Shown piece after piece: positions 48,735 to 55,901 of a stretch of 55,901 nt of DNA (the stretch's first letter is position 1; each line of letters begins with the position of its first letter). The DNA comes from a virus, in IMG/VR virus record IMGVR_UViG_3300045988_171564; one strand, given 5' to 3'. Position numbers and translations under genes: made by a program. The notes under the pieces were generated by a model. The model was given only the letters and a program-made list of their open reading frames with translations. It searched no databases and was not told the DNA's origin.

Positions 48735-49399
48735 TGCAAAACGAATTTGAGTATACCGACAAGGTAATCAAGATACTTAACCGCAAGCTCATCCGCGCTT
48801 TTGACGGTTTCAAAACCGGGCTTAAATTCGATGAGCTGAACGTACTTAAAGGCGTAAACGAGCAATATGAGCGGATGGCAAGCGAAATGCAGCGCCAATA
48901 CCGCCATGTTGCCCGACGCAAATATTCCGATACGTGGGAATACTTGATTGCGTTGGGGCTGGCAAAGGGCAAAATGCCCGGCGAAAAGGCCATAAATGCC
49001 ACCGCTGACGCGGTGGTAAAGCAGATGCTAGGCGGGTATAACCCCGTCACAGAGTACGTATTCTCCCACGAAATCGAGCGCAAGAGCGCGCGAACGGCGG
49101 AGGCTATCATCGCCGCGCAGACCGTCGGCGACAGGAACAAGGCGATTGACAAGTCGCTGAAGCTGCTGTCTAACCAGATGGCCGAATACGCGGATTATGT
49201 GACGCTGGAAAGCGCCAAAGCCGCATACGGCGACGCGGGCGTGAAGCGCGTTATATGGCGCACGCGCCACGACGAAAAGCGCTGTCAGGTGTGCAAAGGT
49301 CTGGACGGCAACGTATACAATCTGGATTCCGCGCCGGACAAGCCGCATTATAACTGCCGCTGCTGGCTGGAACCATATACAGGGGGGGCTAAGGATTGA
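48734..49399 (+). CDS. Head morphogenesis protein (Mu F / SPP1 gp7-like)
   Basis: WRTRHDEKRCQVCKGLDGNVYNLDSAPDKPHYNCRCWLEP is the hallmark C-terminal motif. Confidence 0.75.
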   Translation: MQNEFEYTDKVIKILNRKLIRAFDGFKTGLKFDELNVLKGVNEQYERMASEMQRQYRHVARRKYSDTWEYLIALGLAKGKMPGEKAINATADAVVKQMLGGYNPVTEYVFSHEIERKSARTAEAIIAAQTVGDRNKAIDKSLKLLSNQMAEYADYVTLESAKAAYGDAGVKRVIWRTRHDEKRCQVCKGLDGNVYNLDSAPDKPHYNCRCWLEPYTGGAKD

Positions 49400-49533
49400 C
49401 GGACGTCGTTATAACCGATGAGATGCTTAAAGTCATTTCCGAGGTGCTTAAACGCGGCGACACTGTGGAGCTGAAGCGCGAGCACAATAAACTCGTAATC
49501 GTGGAAGTACGGCGCAAAGCGCGCATAAAGTGA
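49396..49533 (+). CDS. Possible 45-aa protein (TTG start)
   Basis: AAGGA precedes TTG, which overlaps the upstream stop. Followed by a terminator. Confidence 0.3.
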   Translation: MTDVVITDEMLKVISEVLKRGDTVELKREHNKLVIVEVRRKARIK

Positions 49534-49582
49534 AGATAGAATAAAGCATCGCTCGCGATTGGGCGAGTGAATACGACCGACT

Positions 49583-49618
49583 GGGGTCATGAGTTTTTTC
49601 TCATGACCCCGGTTTTTG
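49583..49618 (+). terminator. Rho-independent terminator
   Basis: GGGGTCATGAG-TTTTTT-CTCATGACCCC followed by GGTTTTTG. Confidence 0.75.
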
Positions 49619-49772
49619 TTTTGGGATATACGCGCCTTGAGCGCTTTTATCGGCGGCAGAGAAGCCGCCTTAACAACCCGCAAGCCGCAAGAGAATGCGG
49701 AATACAAGTATCGCACACGCACCAATTGACAGCGGAGAGAACCGCTTTACCAAACGCAAGGAGGACGATTGC

Positions 49773-50369
49773 ATGAACATCGACTGGACTAAGATCGACG
49801 GCTACCGCGAGGACATGACGGCTGATGAAAAGCTTGAGCTTTTAAACAGCTACGAAGCCGACAATGAACCCGCCTCTACCCCCGGCCCTGCTCCGGCGCA
49901 CACCGACGATAAGCCCGCGCAGGATAAACCGAATCCGGCCAAAAGCAGCACGGTGAGCAAGGCGCTGTACGACAAGACGGCGAGCGAGCTGGCCGCGCTG
50001 AAAAAGCAGATACGAAGCCGCATGACGGAGGATGAGCAGAAGGAAGCCGACCGCACGGCCAATGAGGAAGCCATGCGCGCGGAGCTGGCCGAACTGAGGC
50101 ACGAAAAGACCATAAGCACCTATAAGGCGGCTTATCTGAGTCTGGGCTATGACGATAAGCTAGCGTCCGACGCGGCAAGCGCAATGACCGACGGCGATAT
50201 GGACACGGTGTTCGCAATCATGAAACAGCACTCCGTCACGAGCGAAAAGGCGTTAAAGGCAAAGCTACTCAAGGAAATGCCTACGCCGCCCGCCGGTGGA
50301 GACCCGGAAGCGGAAAAGCAGAAAAAGCAGATGGCAGACCTTAGGAAAATCATGGGACTGCCGGTTTGA
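49773..50369 (+). CDS. Scaffolding protein
   Basis: ATG 49773 follows AAGGAGG. Charged, helical 198-aa protein directly upstream of the major capsid gene. Confidence 0.65.
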   Translation: MNIDWTKIDGYREDMTADEKLELLNSYEADNEPASTPGPAPAHTDDKPAQDKPNPAKSSTVSKALYDKTASELAALKKQIRSRMTEDEQKEADRTANEEAMRAELAELRHEKTISTYKAAYLSLGYDDKLASDAASAMTDGDMDTVFAIMKQHSVTSEKALKAKLLKEMPTPPAGGDPEAEKQKKQMADLRKIMGLPV

Positions 50370-50386
50370 TTTAGGAGGCAAAACAT

Positions 50387-51295
50387 ATGGCGAACAGTTT
50401 TCAGCTTGCGCAGACCTTTCTACCCCTGCTGGATGAGGTGTACAAGGCCAATTCGCGCACTGCGATACTCGATTCTACCAAAGTCGAGATCGTAAACGGC
50501 AACACGATAAAGGTTTTTAAGACCGACATGGACGGTCTGGGTAACTACAACCGCAATACCGGCTTTGTAGACGGCAGCGTAACGGGTACGTGGGAAACGC
50601 TTACTCTGGGCAAAGACCGCGGCCGCTCGTTTACCGTTGATCGCATGGACAACGAGGAAACTATCGGCATGGCGTTCGGCACGCTGGCGAGCGAGTTTAT
50701 CCGCACTAAGGTTACGCCCGAAATCGATGCGTACACCTTTGCAAAGATTGCGGGCACGACCGGCATAGATACCGCGACCGCCGCCGACGTGACCATCGGC
50801 ACGACCGACGTTCCCGGCCTGATCGACGAAGCGGAGCGTTCCATGAACGAAAACGAAGTCCCGGTCGATGGACGTATGCTCTTCATCTCCGAAAGCGCCT
50901 ACGCGGGACTGCGCAGCAAAGTGACCCGCACCGTAATGAACGGCGAGGGCGGCATCAATAAGGAGATCGAGAGCTACGACGGTATGCGCATAATCCGCGT
51001 GCCGCAGAGCCGCTTCTATACCGCAATCACGCTAAAGGACGGCTCCACTTCCGGCCAGACGGCGGGCGGCTATACCGGCACTGCGACCACGGGCTACAAG
51101 ATCAACTTTATGATAATCCACCCCAGCGCGATTACTAAGGTTGTCAAGCACGTACTGCCGCGTATCTTCTCGCCTGATGAGTACCAGAAGGCCGATGCGT
51201 GGAAATTCGATTACCGCGTGTACCACGACACCTTTGTATATGACAACAAGGTAAAAGGCATCTACCTGCACAAGGGCGCTACCGCACTGAGCTGA
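50387..51295 (+). CDS. Major capsid protein
   Basis: 302 aa. Position after the scaffold gene. AGGAGG SD. N-term ANSFQLAQTFLPLLDEVYK typical of this capsid family. Confidence 0.75.
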   Translation: MANSFQLAQTFLPLLDEVYKANSRTAILDSTKVEIVNGNTIKVFKTDMDGLGNYNRNTGFVDGSVTGTWETLTLGKDRGRSFTVDRMDNEETIGMAFGTLASEFIRTKVTPEIDAYTFAKIAGTTGIDTATAADVTIGTTDVPGLIDEAERSMNENEVPVDGRMLFISESAYAGLRSKVTRTVMNGEGGINKEIESYDGMRIIRVPQSRFYTAITLKDGSTSGQTAGGYTGTATTGYKINFMIIHPSAITKVVKHVLPRIFSPDEYQKADAWKFDYRVYHDTFVYDNKVKGIYLHKGATALS

Positions 51296-51296
51296 T

Positions 51297-51446
51297 ATGA
51301 CGGAAAAACTGACCCCCGAAGGGCTGGTTGTGGGGCTGATACCTGCGCAGGCACAAATACCTGCCGAACCGGTTAAAGCCCCGGAAACCCCGCCTAAAAG
51401 CGGCAAAATAAGCGCTAAAAAGCCGATGCGCGGCAAGCAGCAGTAG
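51297..51446 (+). CDS. Possible 49-aa Pro/Lys-rich protein
   Basis: ATG overlaps the capsid stop (TGATATG). Below the ORF-track cutoff. Confidence 0.35.
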   Translation: MTEKLTPEGLVVGLIPAQAQIPAEPVKAPETPPKSGKISAKKPMRGKQQ

Positions 51447-51470
51447 ACGGCACGAAAGGAGACGGCGCTT

Positions 51471-51794
51471 ATGACAATGACCGAAAAGATCAACATGCTG
51501 AACATTCTCGCCGGTGAGAACCTGAGTGAGAGCATGGCGAGCGCCTATCTCACTTTGGCCGGTCAGAAGATACTTCAAAAGGCGTTCCCATTCGACCACA
51601 CGCAAACCAGAGTGCCGGAGCGGTACGAGCTGCTTCAGCTTGAAATTGCGGCGCACATGTACTTGAAGCGCGGCGCTGAGGGCGAAACGAGCCACAGCGA
51701 GAACGGCGTAAGCCGCCATTATGAGGCGGCAAGCGTGCCCGATTCCATGCTCAAACAGGTAATCCCGCACGCAAAGGTGGTGAGCGGCGATTGA
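51471..51794 (+). CDS. Head-tail connector (gp6-like) protein
   Basis: 107 aa. Position and size. N-terminal helical region. Confidence 0.5.
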   Translation: MTMTEKINMLNILAGENLSESMASAYLTLAGQKILQKAFPFDHTQTRVPERYELLQLEIAAHMYLKRGAEGETSHSENGVSRHYEAASVPDSMLKQVIPHAKVVSGD

Positions 51795-52162
51795 AATGCC
51801 TTGAAAGAAACAAGATCGACTTTTACTACGCGCTGTACAACGGGCGCAAGCGCGCATTGGACGACGACGGCAAGCCCACGGGCGAATGGTACACGGATTA
51901 TAAGACCCCGCGCCCGATAAGGGCGTCTGTATCGGCGGCGCGCGGCGACACCTCAATTGAGCAATTTGGCGCGGCGGTGGATTACGACCGCGTGATCGTG
52001 ACCGACGACATGAATTGCCCGATAGATGAACACAGCGTGATATGCCTCGACGTGCCGGTTTCGTATTCGGGCGAGCAGCTCATATACGACTACATAGTCC
52101 GGCGCGTGGCCAAGTCCTTAAACAGCATAGCCATTGCTATAAGCCGGGTGAACGTGTCGTGA
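51791..52162 (+). CDS. Head-tail joining / head closure protein
   Basis: Overlapping start. 123 aa. Synteny. Confidence 0.45.
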   Translation: MKCLERNKIDFYYALYNGRKRALDDDGKPTGEWYTDYKTPRPIRASVSAARGDTSIEQFGAAVDYDRVIVTDDMNCPIDEHSVICLDVPVSYSGEQLIYDYIVRRVAKSLNSIAIAISRVNVS

Positions 52163-52686
52163 AAACAATAACCGTTGACATCGGCGAGATAAGCAAGGCC
52201 ATTGCCGAGATAGAGCGGTACAAGCGCGAAATGGACGGCAAGGTGCGCACACTGCTTGAACGCATTGCGGCAGAGGGCATAGACGTATCGTCGGCCATAT
52301 ACAAAACCGCCGCGTATGACGGCGTTAACGACGTGGCCGTGAACGGCCCGGAGTGGATAGACGCGCACACACTGGCGATAAGCGCGACCGGACATGCGGT
52401 TACGTTTATCGAGTTTGGCGCTGGCAAGCTGAGGTATGGCAGTCATCCGTGGCGCGATGATCTGGGCTTTAAGGCGGGCGGCTATGGCAAGGGACAGGGC
52501 GCAATGAGCAAGCACCAGTTCTGGGCTTACAAAGGCAGCGCTGGCGACGCGCGCGCGGGCGGTATCGAAATACGCCCCGGCATCATAAAGACGCAGGGCA
52601 ACGCCCCGTCCAGAGCCATGTATGAGGGCGAAAAGGCCATGCGGCGGCGCATAAAGGCCATTGCGAAGGAGGTATTCGCGACATGA
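52159..52686 (+). CDS. Tail-completion / HK97 gp10-like protein
   Basis: GTG 52159 overlaps the upstream stop (GTGA). 175 aa. Synteny. Confidence 0.45.
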   Translation: MKTITVDIGEISKAIAEIERYKREMDGKVRTLLERIAAEGIDVSSAIYKTAAYDGVNDVAVNGPEWIDAHTLAISATGHAVTFIEFGAGKLRYGSHPWRDDLGFKAGGYGKGQGAMSKHQFWAYKGSAGDARAGGIEIRPGIIKTQGNAPSRAMYEGEKAMRRRIKAIAKEVFAT

Positions 52687-53087
52687 TCGACATTGAAAGC
52701 GACGTCATCCGCGCAGTGGAACAGGCCGTGGCGCAGAAGCGCCCGGACGTGGCCGTGTACGACATGGAGATACGCGGCGAAGCCGTGTTTCCGTGCATTG
52801 TACTGTACGAGGCCGACAACTACTCGCTCATGAGTTCGCGCGACACGGGCAGCACGGACAATCACGCGCAGGTCATGTACGAACTCAACGTTTACTCGAA
52901 TCTGACGGCAGGGCGCAAACGCGACTGCCGCGCAATATACGCGCTTGCGGACGAGACGCTTTGCCGAATGGGGTTTACCCGCATGGGCACGTCGCCGGTT
53001 GACATGCAGGACGCGACGATTTACCGGCTTACCGGCAGATATTCAGCCGTCGTAGGCCGCGACAAAATGATTTACAGGAGGGCATAA
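52683..53087 (+). CDS. Tail terminator / tail-completion protein
   Basis: ATGA overlap. 134 aa. Immediately upstream of the major tail protein. Confidence 0.45.
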   Translation: MIDIESDVIRAVEQAVAQKRPDVAVYDMEIRGEAVFPCIVLYEADNYSLMSSRDTGSTDNHAQVMYELNVYSNLTAGRKRDCRAIYALADETLCRMGFTRMGTSPVDMQDATIYRLTGRYSAVVGRDKMIYRRA

Positions 53088-53091
53088 AGAT

Positions 53092-53538
53092 ATGGCGGCA
53101 GCTACTTCGGCTACTTCTACTTATAAATCGTTCCTAATGATGAAGCAGGCCTCCGGCAGCACTTACGAAAAGCTGGTGGACATTAAGAGCTATCCCGACC
53201 TGGGCGGTACGCCCAACATGCTTGACGCTACCACGCTGAGCGATCCCATGACCCGTCAGATATTGGGCATACAGCAGGTTGATTCGTTGGAGTTCATTGC
53301 CAACTACACGCTGGCCGACTACAAGAAGCTCAAGGCGCTTGAAGGTTCGGAGCACGATTTCGCTGTATGGTTTGGCGGTACTGAAACGGCGGGCGTGCCC
53401 ACGTCTACCGGCGAAGACGGCAAAGCGACGTTTAAAGGCAGCCTGAGCGTATACATCAACGGCGGCGGCGTCGATGAGGTGCGCGAAATGACTATCACCT
53501 TGGCCGCGTCCACGGTAATTGCGCTGGACGAAACTTGA
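53092..53538 (+). CDS. Major tail protein
   Basis: 148 aa. STYKSFLMMKQASGSTYEKLVDIKSYPDLGGTPNMLDATTLSD resembles TP901-1/phi13-type major tail proteins. No sheath gene is present. Confidence 0.7.
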   Translation: MAAATSATSTYKSFLMMKQASGSTYEKLVDIKSYPDLGGTPNMLDATTLSDPMTRQILGIQQVDSLEFIANYTLADYKKLKALEGSEHDFAVWFGGTETAGVPTSTGEDGKATFKGSLSVYINGGGVDEVREMTITLAASTVIALDET

Positions 53539-53544
53539 GCAGAA

Positions 53545-53640
53545 TAACCGGCATAATGCTCATAATCGGCATATAAGGCATACCTTATGTGCAGCACATA
53601 ACAAGTATAACAAACATAACCAGCATAACAGGCATACAGC
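53545..53640. repeat. Second CATAAC-type 9-bp repeat array (related to the par-promoter arrays), inside the tail operon
   Basis: ggcataatgctcataatcggcatataaggcata ... ACATAACAA-GTATAACAA-ACATAACCA-GCATAACAG-GCATACAGC. GCATAACAGGCATA (53623-53636) is the exact reverse complement of 16607-16620. Confidence 0.75.
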
Positions 53641-53654
53641 AGGAGGGAATCAAC

Positions 53655-53990
53655 ATGGCAAAGACCATTTGCTTTAATTACGACGGCAAGGACTACACCC
53701 TTGAATATACCCGCGCGAGTGTGCGCACGATGGAGAATCGCGGCTTTAAGCCGGGTGATCTTGTAGAAAAGCCCATGAACACCCTGCCGGAGCTGTTCGC
53801 GGGTGCGTTCATAGCGAACCATCGCTTTACCAAGCGCGAGGTGATAGACGCGATATACGCCGCGATGGGCAACAAGGAAGAACTGGTGAACAAGCTGGCC
53901 GAGATGTACAACGAACCCATCAGTGCGCTTATGGCCGAGCCGGACAACGACGGCGGCGAAAAAAACGTGAAGTGGGACGCGAACTGGTAA
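53655..53990 (+). CDS. Tail assembly chaperone (gpG-like)
   Basis: AGGAGGG SD. 111 aa. Lies between the major tail protein and the TMP. Confidence 0.7.
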   Translation: MAKTICFNYDGKDYTLEYTRASVRTMENRGFKPGDLVEKPMNTLPELFAGAFIANHRFTKREVIDAIYAAMGNKEELVNKLAEMYNEPISALMAEPDNDGGEKNVKWDANW

Positions 53991-54412
53991 CAGGCGCGTC
54001 CCCTGGAAGCGGCGAAACGCCGGGAGAAGTGTTTGAAAGAATGCTTCCTACATATATGGCGTTTGGCATGACCCCGGACGAATATTGGAACGGCGACTGT
54101 ATGCTGGCAAAGGCGTACAGAGAAGCGGATGAGATAAGACAGCGGCGACGCAATCAGGAGCTTTGGTTACAGGGCATGTACGTATACGAAGCAATCTTGG
54201 ATTGCGCGCCGCTTTTGAATGCCTTTTCAAAGCGCCCAAAGCCTCAGCCGTATTCGTCCGAGCCGTACCCCATTACCCCGCAGGAGGTACGCGAGAAGAA
54301 GGAGCGGGAGCGCAAAACCCAGTACGAGCGCATGAAGTCGTTTGTAAACGGCTGGGCGGCGCGGGTGAATCAGCAAATGGCGATGCGTGAAGCGAAAGAG
54401 GAGGTGACGTAG
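53655..54412 (+). CDS. Tail assembly chaperone GT-like fusion made by a -1 frameshift at 53960-53966
   Basis: The -1 frame is open from the slippery site to 54412 and ends 4 nt before the TMP start. Confidence 0.6.
53960..53966 (+). promoter_or_regulatory. Slippery heptamer A-AAA-AAC for programmed -1 frameshifting
   Basis: In the zero frame the sequence reads ga[a aaa aac], 8 codons before the G stop. Confidence 0.6.
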
Positions 54413-54416
54413 ACGT

Positions 54417-55901
54417 ATGCCTGAGTATAGCGTTGACAGTCTGAAACTCAAGATAACCAGCGATACGTCGAAAGCCACTCAGGGAATAGACAAGCTGCGC
54501 AAGTCGCTGATTAATCTGGAAGCGGCAGTACGCAATATAGGCAAGCTCAACTCCGGGCTTAACGACAAGTTCAGCGGGTTCGCCAAAAGCCTTGAACCGC
54601 TTCAAAACCTCAACTTTAAGAGCCTGAACAAGGGCATAAAGCAGCTAGAGCACCTGCGCAGCATAAATCTTTCGCCGCTTGCGGAGGGTATAAAGGGCTT
54701 TAACGGTGTTGACTTCGATGCCGACAAGTTTCAGAAGCTCGCCAACACGTTTAACGGCTCAAATGTCGGCATGTTTGCGCGTGGCGCTGATGCGCTGGCC
54801 AAGCTGGGGCAGGTTGATCTAACCCCGCTAAACATGAGCCTTATGGACTTGCCGGATGACGCGGTAGGGAAACTGCAAAGTCTGGCCGAGGCGATGGGTG
54901 GCCTCAGCATTGCACAAGACCTGATGCAAAAGACCATCCGTAACGCCAAAGCAAAGGCAAAGGCCGATTTTGAGGGTGCGCCCACGTTTGGCAGCGCCGA
55001 TACACTGCCCGAAATTAACGGTGGAACCACAGAAGTGATGCTGGACAACGCGGCCAAAAGCGCGAAAGAAACGTCTGACGCGATAGAAGAAGTCGGAGAC
55101 GTTTCCGAGGAATCCTCAAAAAAGGTAGAGACGCTGCGCGAGAGCCTGGCAAAGTTTTCTCAAAGCGGCCTAGGTAAGGCATTGCGCGGTCTGGGCAACA
55201 TCGCAAAACGCGGTCTAAGCCTTTTGGGCACTCTGGGCAAGAATCTGGCTGGCGGCTTTGGAAAGATGCTTATTCAGCCCATAAAATCCGCGGGCAAGCA
55301 CCTGGGCGAACTCGTTAAGAAGTTCCAGACTGCCGGGAAAAAGATAGCGGGCACGGTCGGTTACTGGGCGTTGTTCCAGGCAATAACCGCCGTGAGCAAC
55401 GCATTTAAGCAGGGACTTGCCAACCTAAACGAATATGCACAAGCCGCAGGCGGCACGCTGCAAACGTCGCTGAACAGCATAGCGACCAACATGCAGTACC
55501 TTAAAAACTCCATAGGCGCGCTGGCCGCGCCGCTTATCAACGCAATCGCCCCGGCGCTTGACTACATCGTCGATAAAGTTGTTTCGGCGTTCAACATCAT
55601 AAGTCAGATAATAGCCAGACTGACGGGAGCGTCCACATGGACGCGCGCTACCAAAGCGGCGGCGACGTTCGGCAAAACAGCGGGCAGCGCGGGCAAAGCC
55701 GCAAAGAACGCTGGCAAGGCCGCTAAGACAATGGCGATGGCGTTTGACGAACTGAACGTGCTTAAAGATTCGGGCGGTTCGGGCGGCGGCGGCGGCGGTG
55801 GAGGCGGCGGCGGCGGTTCCGATGCGGGCGCGATGTTTGAGGAAGTGCCCATCGACAGCGCGATTAGCGGCTGGGTCGATCAGATCAAAAACGCGATTGA
55901 A
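54417..55901 (+). CDS. Tail tape measure protein, N-terminal part (open to the end of the window; continues at base 28)
   Basis: ATG 54417. 495 codons with no stop up to the window end. In frame with 1..2352 through the 27-nt overlap. Absent from the ORF track, probably because it has no stop within the window. Confidence 0.85.
   Translation, partial: MPEYSVDSLKLKITSDTSKATQGIDKLRKSLINLEAAVRNIGKLNSGLNDKFSGFAKSLEPLQNLNFKSLNKGIKQLEHLRSINLSPLAEGIKGFNGVDFDADKFQKLANTFNGSNVGMFARGADALAKLGQVDLTPLNMSLMDLPDDAVGKLQSLAEAMGGLSIAQDLMQKTIRNAKAKAKADFEGAPTFGSADTLPEINGGTTEVMLDNAAKSAKETSDAIEEVGDVSEESSKKVETLRESLAKFSQSGLGKALRGLGNIAKRGLSLLGTLGKNLAGGFGKMLIQPIKSAGKHLGELVKKFQTAGKKIAGTVGYWALFQAITAVSNAFKQGLANLNEYAQAAGGTLQTSLNSIATNMQYLKNSIGALAAPLINAIAPALDYIVDKVVSAFNIISQIIARLTGASTWTRATKAAATFGKTAGSAGKAAKNAGKAAKTMAMAFDELNVLKDSGGSGGGGGGGGGGGGSDAGAMFEEVPIDSAISGWVDQIKNAIE

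Noticed and set aside
55785-55815. GGC/GGT trinucleotide run
   Set aside because: It is in frame and encodes a Gly-rich linker (GGSGGGGGGGGGGGS) within the tape measure protein. It is an ordinary low-complexity linker.
1-55901. Search by eye for tRNA/tmRNA genes, CRISPR arrays, a reverse transcriptase (DGR or retron), toxin-antitoxin pairs and tyrosine integrases
   Set aside because: No cloverleaf-compatible sequence with a GTTCGAATC-type T-loop was found in the intergenic regions. No RT (YxDD) motif or integrase R..HxxR..Y pattern was found in any ORF. This is a manual scan only. tRNAscan-SE, Infernal and HMM searches would be needed for certainty.

Overview
The window is a complete, circularly closed genome. 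Bases 1-27 repeat at 55875-55901, so the unique length is 55,874 bp. It looks like a temperate siphovirus-like phage of a mid/high-GC Firmicute (GGAGG-type SD sites) that is maintained as a plasmid (phage-plasmid).

Gene order:
- Tape measure C-terminal part, then tail tip and fibre module (1-11.2 kb).
- Lysis cassette (11.3-12.9 kb).
- Accessory cluster of unknown function (13.0-16.6 kb). One of its genes is split by a group I intron carrying a GIY-YIG homing endonuclease.
- Plasmid maintenance: ParA plus an RHH partner, a ~600-nt structured non-coding region, a Rep_3-type initiator, and iterons with DnaA boxes (16.6-20.1 kb).
- CI/Cro-like immunity switch and a Bro/KilAC antirepressor (20.3-22.5 kb).
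- Early region (22.5-36.5 kb): YqaJ exonuclease, RecT, SSB, replication organiser, DnaB, RusA, Lar-like protein, MazG fusion, many small Zn-ribbon proteins, and TerS.
- A 7.3-kb minus-strand cargo operon lying between terS and terL (36.5-43.7 kb). It encodes an FtsK-like ATPase, a J-domain protein, an acidic protein and two beta-helix repeat paralogs, and it contains two hammerhead ribozymes.
- A C-rich repeat region, then an HTH gene and a small serine recombinase (44.0-45.3 kb).
- TerL, portal, head, connector and tail genes with a G/GT -1 frameshift, and the tape measure N-terminal part running across the circle junction (45.5-55.9 kb).

No tyrosine integrase, tRNA, rRNA or CRISPR array was seen.

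Most notable unannotated signals:
- Two covarying type I hammerhead ribozymes.
- The group I intron with its homing endonuclease.
- Related 9-bp CATAAC-type repeat arrays at the par promoter and, unexpectedly, inside the tail gene cluster.
- The self-contained minus-strand module of unknown function that splits the terminase genes.

All functional calls rest on motifs read by eye. No database search was run.
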